NCBI GenBank assembly: GCA_965223905.1
Contig: CBDCXV010000011.1
Location: forward strand, 672,001 to 736,000
Direction of reading: 5' to 3'
Source of the DNA: Candidatus Latescibacterota bacterium
GTDB taxonomy: Bacteria; Latescibacterota; UBA2968; UBA8231
DNA length: 64,000 nt
Under the pieces are notes generated by a model that searched no databases, had not been told where the DNA came from, and was given only the letters and a program-made list of their open reading frames with translations. A program made the translations under genes and the position numbers. Shown here piece after piece: positions 31,101 to 40,380 of the stretch. The first letter of the stretch is position 1. The number at the start of each line of letters is the position of its first letter.

Positions 31101-32682
31101 GCGGTGACGAAGCCGGACACCCCCGGCACGGTGCGCTTGTCGCCGACATCGCCGGAAGTGGATCAGGAGGTGACGGCCACCCTGGTGGACGTCGACGGCC
31201 ACTTGGAGGTGGTGGCCTGGCAGTGGCAGCGGCGGGCGGACGCCAGTTCGGGGTGGGTGAATATCGACCGGTCGGCGCGCATCCCCATTGCGGCCACGTC
31301 CCGCTACACGCCGTCGTCGGCGGACCGGGGGCAGCAGCTGCGGGCGACGGTCGGCTACACGGACGGGCACGGGTCGGGCAAAAGCGCCCAGAGCGCGGCG
31401 ACCTCGGCGGTGACGAAGCCGGACACCCCCGGCACGGTGCGCTTGTCGCCGACGTCGCCGGAAGTGGATCAGGAGGTGACGGCCACCCTGGTGGACGTCG
31501 ACGGCCACTTGGAGGTGGTGGCCTGGCAGTGGCAGCGGCGGGCGGACGCCAGTTCGGGGTGGGTGAATATCGACCGGTCGGCGCGCATCCCCATTGCGGC
31601 CACGTCCCGCTACACGCCGTCGTCGGCGGACCGGGGGCAGCAGCTGCGGGCGACGGTGAGCTACACGGACGGGCACGGGTCGGGCAAAAGCGCCCAGAGC
31701 GCGGCGACCTCGGCGGTGACGAAGCCGGACACCCCCGGCACGGTGCGCTTGTCGCCGACATCGCCGGAAGTGGATCAGGAGGTGACGGCCACCCTTGGTG
31801 GACGTCGACGGCCACTTGGAGGTGGTGGCCTGGCAGTGGCAGCGGCGGGCGGACGCCAGTTCGGGGTGGGTGAATATCGACCGGTCGGCGCGCATCCCCA
31901 TTGCGGCCACGTCCCGCTACACGCCGTCGTCGGCGGACCGGGGGCAGCAGCTGCGGGCGACGGTCGGCTACACGGACGGGCACGGGTCGGGCAAAAGCGC
32001 CCAGAGCGCGGCGACCTCGGCGGTGACCGACGTGCCCGAGCCGCCGGACCCGCCCACCGGGGTGAGTGTGAGCGCGCCGGACAACATGGGCCATGAACGG
32101 CTGTCGGTGAGCTGGACGGCGCCCGACAACAGCGGGCGGCCGGCGCTCAGCGGCTACGACGTGCACTACTGCAAGACCAACGAGGTCTTCTTGTGCGACA
32201 GCTACGGCATCTGGTCCTCGCAGACAGTCGGCGGCGGCGCCAACAGTACCCTGCTGATCGGGCTGTCCTCCAACACCGGGTACACGGTGCAGGTGCGGGC
32301 CCGCAACGCCGATGGCACCAGCGCCTGGTCCTCGCGGGCCACCGGCCCCACCCACTCGGCCGCCGCCAAGGCCCTGGCCGAGCAGCTGGCCGTGACCGGG
32401 TTGGACGGGCTTGCCGCCCTGGCCGCCCCCAACCCTTTCAACTCCAGCACCACCCTCTATTTCCAGCTGACCGAAACCCAGGGGGTCTCCCTGGTCATCT
32501 ACAGCCTGGCCGGACAGGTGGTCAAAACGCTGCTGCCCGGCCGCACCCTGAAAGCCGGGATTCACGAGGTGTCCTGGGAGGGCCGCGACGACCAGGGACG
32601 CCCGGTGGCCGCCGGCGTCTACTTCTACCGGCTCATCGCAGGGGACAAAGCCCTGGTGCGCAAGATGACCCTCCTGAGGTGA
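25121..32682 (+). CDS. giant (~2500 aa) M6/immune-inhibitor-A-like metalloprotease with FN3, cadherin-like and Calx-beta-like repeats and C-terminal FlgD-Ig domain; three single-base frameshifts
   Basis: GSLTDYFLEMS, AHEYGHIMGLPELYD, GLWGIMGQG, MSAWSR, EYFLIANRQ, GLAIWHVDD; CTD PNPFNSST...GVYFYRL...KMTLLR; shifts at ~26621, ~30290, ~31795 join ORFs 25121, 26548, 30243 and 31795. Confidence 0.85.
30807..32027 (+). repeat. four near-identical 306-bp (102-aa) intragenic tandem repeats
   Basis: Unit starts CCGGACACCCCCGGCACG at 30807, 31113, 31419, 31725. Confidence 0.95.
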
Positions 32683-32789
32683 CAGACCCGGACGGTGACG
32701 GCCATACCTGTCGGAGACCTATCGAGGCTTCGCCTCAGACCGCCGAGGCATGTCGAGCTGGCCTCCCCTGGCTGGGGTACATAGAAAAA

Positions 32790-32882
32790 GCTCCAGTTGC
32801 GCGGCGGTGGTCCCCGGAGGGACCCCGGTCAGTGGGACCGTCTGAGCGGTCGGTTGGCCGTGAGGCCGTGCCCAACTGGAGC
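32790..32882 (+). ncRNA. candidate structured RNA / multi-stem element upstream of a transposase-like remnant
   Basis: Outer stem GCTCCAGTTG/CAACTGGAGC enclosing GGTCCC-CGGA-GGGACC, GACCG-TCTGAG-CGGTC and GGCC-GTGA-GGCC. Confidence 0.5.
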
Positions 32883-32888
32883 CTGACC

Positions 32889-32971
32889 ATGAATATAGCC
32901 TCCTCTTCTGTGGCCGACATCCTGAACAAGCAGTGACCCTCCAGGTCGAGAGCATCGACCGCATGTACCTC
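32889..32971 (+). mobile_element. 5' remnant of transposase-like gene (same family as 3855-3923)
   Basis: MNIASSSVADILNK/VTLQVESIDRMYL with one frameshift; resembles the 'VADVL..HVTLEVExIDRMYL' N-terminus of that family (from memory). Confidence 0.55.
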
Positions 32972-33042
32972 ATTGCGAAAGGGCCAAACTCGCCGCTTGA
33001 AACTTGACTCAAATGCCACAAAACCGCGCACCCAAGCAGGCC

Positions 33043-34095
33043 CTAGGCCAGACTGACCTCTGCCCCCGCCATCTGGCTGCGGTAGATGCCGTCGAGAATC
33101 GTCATCACCTGCAGCGACTGCTCCGCCGGCACCGGCGAGGGCGCGTCCTCGGCGACGGCCCGGGCGAACTCGACGCACTCCTGGGCATGCGCCTCGAGAC
33201 CTTCCGGCATCAGTCTCACCGCCCTGTTGTAGAACTGGCGCGTCCGGTAGTTGGTCTCCAGAATTTCGCACTTCGGCCAGTGCAGGCCTCCGGCAGTCCC
33301 GTACAGCCACATCTGCATGTCCTCGCCGCTCGTGTCGTGATGCAGCAGCCAGCTCACTTCGAGGATCAGGGTCGCCCCGCTGTCGAAGCGAACGAACGCC
33401 GCGGCGAAGTCCTCGACGTCGAATTCCGGGGGGATCGAGCGGCGCCCGCCGCCGAAGGCCCCCTCCTGGCTGGCGATCTCGGCACGGGCGACGCCGCTGA
33501 CCGCTGCCGGCTGCGGGTTTCCCATGAACCAGAGGGTGAGGTCGAGGATGTGAACCCCGATATCGATGCACGGACCGCCCCCGCTCAAGCGCCGCTGCAC
33601 AAAACCGGAACCGGTCGGAGCGAATCCGCGGCGCAGCATCCAGCTGCGGGCGTGATAGATGTCACCGAGAACCCCGAGGTCGATTTCCGCCTTCATCGCC
33701 CGCGCCGAGGGCTCGAAGCGGAAATGCTGGGCCGTCATCAGCTTCCTTCCCGACTTGTCGCGCGCAGCGATCATTTCACGCACCAGGTCCGGAGTCGGCG
33801 CCAGGGGCTTTTCGCAGATCACGTGCTTTCCCGCTTCGAGCGCGGCGACGGCGAGAGGGGCGTGGTGCATGTTGGGAACGCAAATGTCGACGATGTCGAT
33901 TTCCGGGTCGGAGAACAGCTCTTCCTGGGTCGGGTACAGCCTGGAGACGCCCTGCTCCTCTCCCCACGACCGCAACACCGCAGCGTCGATATCACATCCG
34001 GCAACCACCTCGGCATGTCCCGAAGCCCGCCAACCGGGCATGTGAGACCGCGATATGCCGCCCACCCCGATGATCCCGACCTTCAGCGCCGCCAT
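33043..34095 (-). CDS. Gfo/Idh/MocA family oxidoreductase
   Basis: KVGIIGVGGI, GKHVICEKP, GGGPCIDIGVHILD. Confidence 0.95.
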   Translation of the reverse strand: MAALKVGIIGVGGISRSHMPGWRASGHAEVVAGCDIDAAVLRSWGEEQGVSRLYPTQEELFSDPEIDIVDICVPNMHHAPLAVAALEAGKHVICEKPLAPTPDLVREMIAARDKSGRKLMTAQHFRFEPSARAMKAEIDLGVLGDIYHARSWMLRRGFAPTGSGFVQRRLSGGGPCIDIGVHILDLTLWFMGNPQPAAVSGVARAEIASQEGAFGGGRRSIPPEFDVEDFAAAFVRFDSGATLILEVSWLLHHDTSGEDMQMWLYGTAGGLHWPKCEILETNYRTRQFYNRAVRLMPEGLEAHAQECVEFARAVAEDAPSPVPAEQSLQVMTILDGIYRSQMAGAEVSLA

Positions 34096-34205
34096 ACAGA
34101 ATCCTCCTTTTGTCCGAGTTTCCCTGCCTGGCGGAAATCAAGCGAATAGCAGGCGGCCATTCCACTGCCCGCAGAGCCGATCGAGCCGGGTAACGCTGGT
34201 GGTGT

Positions 34206-36290
34206 CTAGCGCCTGCGAAGATCGCCGAGGCGAAGCAGGTTCCTCCTGGGTGAGACCTGTTGCAGGTGGACCCTGACCGGATCCCCCGGGTGGGCTGACA
34301 TCTCTGTCGCGGCTACGTACCCCTCGATGTCGAAGCCATCGAGCAGAACCGTGTACCCCAGACCGGAGCGCCGTATCACCGTCGCCTGGAGGTCGGCGCC
34401 CTGATGCGGCTGGAGCGCCGCCAGAAGCCAGTAGCGGCGGCCGTGTCTTTCGACCCTGCGGGCCGCTTCGATTCCCGCAGCGCATTCTCCGAGCAGACGT
34501 TTCAGCTCTTCTTCGCAGACCAGGGCACTCCCGCTTTTCGCGGCGATCAGCTGTCTCTGCATGACGAGGTGCTCATAGCGGCCGAGCGGTGCCGTTCCGG
34601 CGGCGCAACGGGACAGGCCGAAGGCCTCGTGTTCCGCCGGTTTCACTTTTATCGACTCGGGTGTGCCCGCTTTTCGCAGCAGGTATGAACGCAACCTGAG
34701 GGAGTCCACCGATTCCCTGCCTGCCCCCGCTTCGATCGGGGTATCCCCGGGCAGAGGCCGAGTCCTGTACAGCGCCGGGATCCGGTGTTCTTCACACCAG
34801 GCCCCCAAATGCTCGCTGGCGACGTTAACACACTCGTCGAGGACCGTCTTCTCCATGTTGTCGATGCGGGAAATCGTCACTGTGCTGTCGGCGACCCGAA
34901 TGCCGGGCTCCCTATCCGGCACCCTCTCCATCGGCAGCCTGCCCTGCCGGCGGGCGCGGAGTTCCGCGGCGATCCCCGCCAGGGCACGCAATCCGCCCGG
35001 GGCCCGTCCTCCCGCAATGGAGGCCTCGGAGGAAATCATGCGCGGGCGGATGCGGCGCAGGGCGATGCGGCAGTCGCGGATGCGCAGATCGCGTCCCAGC
35101 ACCACTTCGATCCGCAGGGACGGTGTTGCCCGCTCGCCGCGGAAGCGCAGGGCTTCCTCCAGGGCGGGGGGAACAAGCGGGATGCGGCGGTCCGGCAGTT
35201 CGATGCTGGTGGCGCGGTCAGCGGCGTCCCTGTCCAGGGCACTGCCGGCCGGAACCGCAGCTGCGACCAGGGGCAGGTACACCTGCAGCCGGAATCCCCG
35301 AATCGTGCGCCGCGCCAGAACGGCAACAGCCGCAGACGGATCGGCCGGATCCGCGAAGGCGTAGGGCCGTCGCCAGACTCGGGTCGCTGCGAACCTGCCG
35401 ACCACCGCTGGGACCCTGTCGGCTTCGCGCAGGGACTCGGGAGAGAATTCCAGCGGCACGCCGCACCTGTGCAGCTCGAGGTTCTCATCCTTGTCCCAGA
35501 ATCCCAGCTGCACGAGCACATCGAAGGCCGCTCCGGGACCGTGAAGGTGGGCCCTCTCCATCAGGACAGCCGACTGCGAGCGCCGCCGACTTCCGCTGCC
35601 GAAAACGGCGGCTTCCCGCAACAACCGAACCGCTTCCTCCGCGTTTGCCGGGCGTGGGTCGGGGGCGGCCCCGTCGGCGACCCGGCGCACCCATGCCGCC
35701 ACCTCGGCAAGCTCTTTCTCCTCCTGTCTTTTTTGCGACTCGAGCTCCCCAGTTCGAGCCAGTGCCTCGCGGGAAAGCGGGGACCACCCATTTGCGTGGC
35801 GGGCGAAGAACCGGCCCTCCCAGAGAGCGCGCAGAAGGACCGGACGATCGTCCGGTCGCGGTGAACGGAAAAGGAGCTCGGCGAGCTCATCCAGCGACCA
35901 CACGCGGCGCTCCCCCTCCTCTGCGGCAATCTCCCACAGCGGCTGAAGCTCGACAGCGAGGCTGCGGGCGTGGCGCTGCTCGTCGATGCGGCGGAGATGG
36001 GACAGAGCCTCCTGTCTCGACAGGGTGGGCACCTTGCTGGTCGACAGGTCGAGGATCTTGTCGCGCCGCAACCAGCGTTCGCGGCCGCGTACGTCGATGA
36101 CGAGCAGACGGCGGCCGGGATGCCGCAACACGGCTCCGAACCAGAGGCCGCCACCGTGTGTGAATTCGACGAGAGATCCGTTGGCGAGGTTGCTGTGAGA
36201 CGGGACGCGGCGGCCGAAAAGCTGCCGGCCGACTTGCGATCGCACCCGGGGATCGTCGTGGCTCAGAAGATCCCGGACCCATGTTGGCAT
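34206..36290 (-). CDS. RNB-domain (RNase II/R-like) protein with degenerate active site
   Basis: LDRDAADRATSIELPDRRIPLVP, IPALYRT, HEAFGL..TAPLGRYEHLVMQRQL, C-terminal S1-like domain. Confidence 0.8.
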   Translation of the reverse strand: MPTWVRDLLSHDDPRVRSQVGRQLFGRRVPSHSNLANGSLVEFTHGGGLWFGAVLRHPGRRLLVIDVRGRERWLRRDKILDLSTSKVPTLSRQEALSHLRRIDEQRHARSLAVELQPLWEIAAEEGERRVWSLDELAELLFRSPRPDDRPVLLRALWEGRFFARHANGWSPLSREALARTGELESQKRQEEKELAEVAAWVRRVADGAAPDPRPANAEEAVRLLREAAVFGSGSRRRSQSAVLMERAHLHGPGAAFDVLVQLGFWDKDENLELHRCGVPLEFSPESLREADRVPAVVGRFAATRVWRRPYAFADPADPSAAVAVLARRTIRGFRLQVYLPLVAAAVPAGSALDRDAADRATSIELPDRRIPLVPPALEEALRFRGERATPSLRIEVVLGRDLRIRDCRIALRRIRPRMISSEASIAGGRAPGGLRALAGIAAELRARRQGRLPMERVPDREPGIRVADSTVTISRIDNMEKTVLDECVNVASEHLGAWCEEHRIPALYRTRPLPGDTPIEAGAGRESVDSLRLRSYLLRKAGTPESIKVKPAEHEAFGLSRCAAGTAPLGRYEHLVMQRQLIAAKSGSALVCEEELKRLLGECAAGIEAARRVERHGRRYWLLAALQPHQGADLQATVIRRSGLGYTVLLDGFDIEGYVAATEMSAHPGDPVRVHLQQVSPRRNLLRLGDLRRR

Positions 36291-36519
36291 GGCTACCTCC
36301 TTCAGTCAGGTGCCCGTGTACCCCCGAAATCTTCGGCACGGGCCGGCTATCATGTATTTCTTGCCTGGCCTGGAAACGGACCTGCGGACGGACATCGAAG
36401 CAATGCCCTCGCGAGCGCCCGGGAATTGCCGGGAGGATGCCCCGATCCTACCGTATCTGCCGGCCGGCACAGTGTCAATCGCAATTTCCCGTAGCGCGGG
36501 CGGAACCGGAAAAGGCGGC

Positions 36520-37656
36520 ATGGAACAGTTCGAAACCATCGCACGCGAGCGCATCCACCGCATCGAGAAGGGCGTGCTACTGGGACGGCGACCCCGGCAG
36601 TTGGGATGCAACGCCCGTATCTCCGTCCATGGAGACGCGGTCAGGGACCAGGTGGTGCGGATTCGGACCGCCGGCGGGGGGATGGGAATCGGGTGGTCGG
36701 GAATCGCCGAAAAGCAGGCCGCCGAACTGGTCGGCAGGACTGTCGGAGAGCTGTTCTCGATGCCGGACGGGGCCAATCATGCAGGGTTGCCGATCGACCT
36801 GCCGCTCTGGGACCTGTGCGCCCGCCTGGCGGGCTTGCCCCTCTACCGGCTGCTCGGTCCGCGCGGCTCGCGCGAGGTAGAGCTGTACGACGGCTCCATT
36901 TACATCGACGATCTCGAGTTGAGCGACGCCGAGGCGCGCGCCCTGTACACGCGGCAGGTGCAGTCGGGATGGGATGCCGGCTACCGCAACTTCAAGATCA
37001 AGGTCGGGAGGGGGGCTCGCTGGATGCCTGCCACCGAGGGCCTCGCCCGCGACGCCCTGGTGATCCGGACCGTTCGGGAGGCAGCGGGAGCGAATGCCAG
37101 GATCCTGATCGACGCCAACATGGGCAACACCCTCAACAGCGCCAAGCAGCTGCTGGCGGAGACCGCGGACGCCCGCATCTACTGGTTCGAGGAGCCTTTT
37201 GCCGAGGACCTGCCGCTCAATCAGGCGCTTAAGGAGTTCATCCAGAAGAACGGCTACGACACGATGGTGGCCGATGGGGAATTCCATCCGCCCCCCTACT
37301 TTTTCGACCTTGTAGAAGAGGGTTGGATCGACATCGTGCAGCAGGATTTCCACCAGTACGGGCTGACCTGGTGGCGCGCTGTTTCAGCCCGGCTGGAGGG
37401 GTGTGCAGCGCGCTGTGCTCCCCATACCTGGGGCAGCTACGTCGAGCGCTTCACTCACGCCCATTTTGCCGCCTCCATACCCAATTTCGACCTCCTGGAA
37501 GCGGAGCCGGCCGATCTGCCGGGGCTGATCGCCGACGATTGGGAGATGGTCGATGGCCGCCTCATCGTCCCCGATACCCCCGGATCCGGCTTCGACATCG
37601 AGGAGGCGGTCTGGAACAGGGCCGTCGAGGCGAGCGGCTTCAGTCTCTCGGCCTGA
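36520..37656 (+). CDS. mandelate racemase / muconate-lactonizing enzyme family protein
   Basis: DLPLWDL..AGLPLYRLLG, FKIKVG, IDAN, WFEEP, ADGE, PHTWG. Confidence 0.9.
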   Translation: MEQFETIARERIHRIEKGVLLGRRPRQLGCNARISVHGDAVRDQVVRIRTAGGGMGIGWSGIAEKQAAELVGRTVGELFSMPDGANHAGLPIDLPLWDLCARLAGLPLYRLLGPRGSREVELYDGSIYIDDLELSDAEARALYTRQVQSGWDAGYRNFKIKVGRGARWMPATEGLARDALVIRTVREAAGANARILIDANMGNTLNSAKQLLAETADARIYWFEEPFAEDLPLNQALKEFIQKNGYDTMVADGEFHPPPYFFDLVEEGWIDIVQQDFHQYGLTWWRAVSARLEGCAARCAPHTWGSYVERFTHAHFAASIPNFDLLEAEPADLPGLIADDWEMVDGRLIVPDTPGSGFDIEEAVWNRAVEASGFSLSA

Positions 37657-37657
37657 T

Positions 37658-38560
37658 TCACCTGGCGCCGCTGCGGTTGCCGGGCCCCGGCCGATCGAGC
37701 CATCCGGGCAGGCGCACGGCCTCCGAATCCCGCCACGCCGTGAGGTAAAGGGAGGCGGTAAACTCCGCCGCGGTCGCGGCCTGCTGCAATCCGAACCGGG
37801 CGGCAGGCCCTGACAGCGGCTCGAAATCATCTGCCAGCTCGTACACCCGGCCGACGTTGTCGTGATTCTCCGCGAACCGGCTCATGACAGCCGCCATCAG
37901 GTCGCCGAACGGCTGCGGGCGGCAATCGGCTGCAAGGGCGTCCGGGTCGGGGGCGAGCCGATCGATAACAGAGTCGACCTTTTCGTGGATACCGGCGTGA
38001 AGCTTCGATCCGCCGCCCGACGAATCCCCCTCCGCTTGTACGTAGCCGTCGTAATGAATCGTGAGATGCAGGGGCTGGAACAGATCCTGGGCGTAGTGGG
38101 CCAGAAGTCCGGCGTATACCAGGGCCTTGCTTTTTGGCGCCTCCAGCCCGGGCCAGCGGCGGTGTTCCGCCAGTGCGAGGGTCAACTGCTCCGTCCACTC
38201 GGCGACGGCATAGGGCAGGAAACCGACCTCGGAAGGGCTGACCCCGACCTCGCGGCAGAGCCTCACGAATTCGTACCGCGTCGCCGGCAGGGGCCTGCCG
38301 GCCAGAAGCTCGATGTCGAGAAAATGTTCGGGATGCTCGCGGTCGCGCAGGTTCGGCAGGGACCGGTTTTTTGCCAGGTCGGGATCGTAAACGCTGCTGG
38401 CGACCAGTTCCTCCCCTTCCTTCAGAAACGCCGGCACTTCTTCCGGAAGGGCGCGTATGGCCGCCCTCGTGATGATCTCGTGTCCATCACCCCACCACCC
38501 ACAGGCGCTTCGCCCGGAGACAGCGATCAGGAAAAGGAGGAAAAGCACCTGGAAGGGCAT
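37658..38560 (-). CDS. secreted S1/P1 nuclease / zinc phospholipase C-like protein
   Basis: Signal peptide then WWGDGH; HFLD; HYAQDLFQPLH; GIHEKVD zinc ligands. Confidence 0.8.
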   Translation of the reverse strand: MPFQVLFLLFLIAVSGRSACGWWGDGHEIITRAAIRALPEEVPAFLKEGEELVASSVYDPDLAKNRSLPNLRDREHPEHFLDIELLAGRPLPATRYEFVRLCREVGVSPSEVGFLPYAVAEWTEQLTLALAEHRRWPGLEAPKSKALVYAGLLAHYAQDLFQPLHLTIHYDGYVQAEGDSSGGGSKLHAGIHEKVDSVIDRLAPDPDALAADCRPQPFGDLMAAVMSRFAENHDNVGRVYELADDFEPLSGPAARFGLQQAATAAEFTASLYLTAWRDSEAVRLPGWLDRPGPGNRSGAR

Positions 38561-38569
38561 CGCCGAGAG

Positions 38570-39394
38570 TCAGTACTCCAGCCTGTTTACGTCGACGGTC
38601 CTGCTCCAGGCCTCGAACTCGGCATTCATCGTTTCGGTCCAGCCGCGGTCTATTTCACCCGGGCTGTAACGTCCCTCGCGAATGGACTGTTTTCCCCAGT
38701 AATCCCGCAGGCGCGTCATTTCGGACGATTCGACCACCTGCCGGGCATACTTCGCAGGGATGAAAATGACGCCGCTGGATGTTCCGAGCACGATGTCTCC
38801 GGGCAGCACCGACGCCTGTCCGACGCGAATCGGTCCGTTGATCTCCGTCAGTGTGACCTCGCCGATGCCGGTCGGGTGAAGCCCCTTGGCGAAGACGTTG
38901 ATCGGCAGCTCGCGGACCCGCTGGGTGTCGCGGATCGAGCCATCGACGACCAGTCCGGTGCCTCCGGTGTTGGCGGCGATGGCGGTGCCGAGATTGTCGC
39001 CGATAAAGGTGCCGCGGACGATCTTCCCGAAGAGCTCGACGACGAGGACGTCGCCGGACACGAGGGTGTCGATCACCCACGAGTTCTGACCGCCGACGCG
39101 GCCTTCCCTGCTGCCTGCCGCCTCCGTGACCTGGTGGAGATCGGGGCGATGAGGAACGTAGCGGCAGGTCACGGCGCGCCCGGTCAAGACGCGCTCCGGG
39201 TGGAGATTGATCCAGTCCCCTTCGAACTGGAAGTGGTACTCCTGGCCATGCAGGACGCCCCAGGCCTCCTCGGTCGTCACCTTCTTCATCCGTTCCAGGA
39301 TATCATCGGGAACCATCGGGCGCCCGTCCTCGGACCGGGCCCCTTCGTATTCGGAAGTCAGTTCGCGAATTCGTTCTGCGGACAGCAATTCCAT
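38570..39394 (-). CDS. RraA family protein (HMG aldolase-like)
   Basis: LTGRAVT, GDVLVV, IGDNL, GLVVDGSIRD, VLPGDIVLG. Confidence 0.88.
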   Translation of the reverse strand: MELLSAERIRELTSEYEGARSEDGRPMVPDDILERMKKVTTEEAWGVLHGQEYHFQFEGDWINLHPERVLTGRAVTCRYVPHRPDLHQVTEAAGSREGRVGGQNSWVIDTLVSGDVLVVELFGKIVRGTFIGDNLGTAIAANTGGTGLVVDGSIRDTQRVRELPINVFAKGLHPTGIGEVTLTEINGPIRVGQASVLPGDIVLGTSSGVIFIPAKYARQVVESSEMTRLRDYWGKQSIREGRYSPGEIDRGWTETMNAEFEAWSRTVDVNRLEY

Positions 39395-39632
39395 CGGCGC
39401 AATCCTGCGTTGGAGACTTCTATTTTTTTGTAGGAGCAGGTTCCGCTGAATTCGGCGGCCGTATTCAAGCGCCAAGGGAGGGTTGCCTGTTTCAGGCGGC
39501 ACCGGCAGGTACTTTTGCTCTTCGGGGCAATATGACCCCACGCCGGATCGAGGGTCAAGAAAGGGTTGGTGGCAGTTCCATCATCTACCCTTTCGAGGTC
39601 CGCGGCATCCGGGGCCTTCCTGCGGGTGCCCA

Positions 39633-40103
39633 CTAGAACGGCAGATCGTCCGCTCTGAAATCGGAGATCCCCGGAGCCGCGGGAGAAGCCGGACGGGTAA
39701 TTGCGTCGAGCTCGAGCTGGGTTTCTTCCCCGCGCCCGTATTTCATGTCGAGCTCTCCGGGGCCCCCGGCGGCGTCGATGAGCTGGAGATCGGTGACCAT
39801 GATCTCCGTGACGTAGTGCCGGCGCCGGTTGGCGTCCTCCCAGTTGCGCGTGTGCAGCCTGCCCTCGACGCGGACCTTGCTTCCCTTCTTCAGGTACTGG
39901 CCGGCGATCTCGGCGAAGCGCCTCCACATGACGAGCCGATGCCACTCGGTGCGCCGTCGCCGCTTCCCCTTGTTGTCGGTCCAGTCGTCGTCGGTCGCCA
40001 GGCGCACACTGGCAACCTGCGTCCCCCTCGGCGTGAACCTGATTTCCGGATCGGCGCCGAGATTCCCGACCAGTATGACCTTGTTGATGTTTCCTGCGGC
40101 CAT
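39633..40103 (-). CDS. ssb: single-stranded DNA-binding protein
   Basis: NKVILVGNLGADPE, TEWHRLV, YLKKGSKV.VEGRL, C-terminal DDLPF. Confidence 0.97.
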   Translation of the reverse strand: MAAGNINKVILVGNLGADPEIRFTPRGTQVASVRLATDDDWTDNKGKRRRRTEWHRLVMWRRFAEIAGQYLKKGSKVRVEGRLHTRNWEDANRRRHYVTEIMVTDLQLIDAAGGPGELDMKYGRGEETQLELDAITRPASPAAPGISDFRADDLPF

Positions 40104-40111
40104 CCCCCACC

Positions 40112-40333
40112 TCACTCTCCGCCATCTCCGGAGAGATGCCCCCTGCCCCCGCGTTTGCGACGGGACTGTGGAGTCTGGATTCCGAAGCGCCGGCAAAGCC
40201 GGCCGAAACTGCTCGGAGCTATACCCAGAGCCAGGCCGGCATCGCGATTGCTGGCGTAAATGCGCGCTGCGCGCTCGATGCGGTCGCGATCAAATCTCTC
40301 CAATTCCCGATCCTCCTGTCGGCTTTGCACATG
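40112..40333 (-). CDS. small Fis-like helix-turn-helix protein
   Basis: RIERAARIYASNRDAGLALGIAPSSFGRLCRRFGI resembles an HTH (AA..LGI); directly upstream of ssb; start uncertain. Confidence 0.6.
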   Translation of the reverse strand, partial: HVQSRQEDRELERFDRDRIERAARIYASNRDAGLALGIAPSSFGRLCRRFGIQTPQSRRKRGGRGHLSGDGGE

Positions 40334-40351
40334 ATTGGACAAGTGCACATA

Positions 40352-40380
40352 ATTTTACTAACCAAATGTGCATATGTCAA
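40352..40380 (-). promoter_or_regulatory. sigma70 promoter for HTH-ssb, overlapped by inverted-repeat operator
   Basis: TTGACA-17bp-TAAAAT on minus strand; IR arms TTGGACAAGTGCACAT / ATGTGCATATGTCAA. Confidence 0.75.

Noticed and set aside
30807-32027. CRISPR array
   Set aside because: 306-bp in-frame coding repeats without spacers; no cas genes
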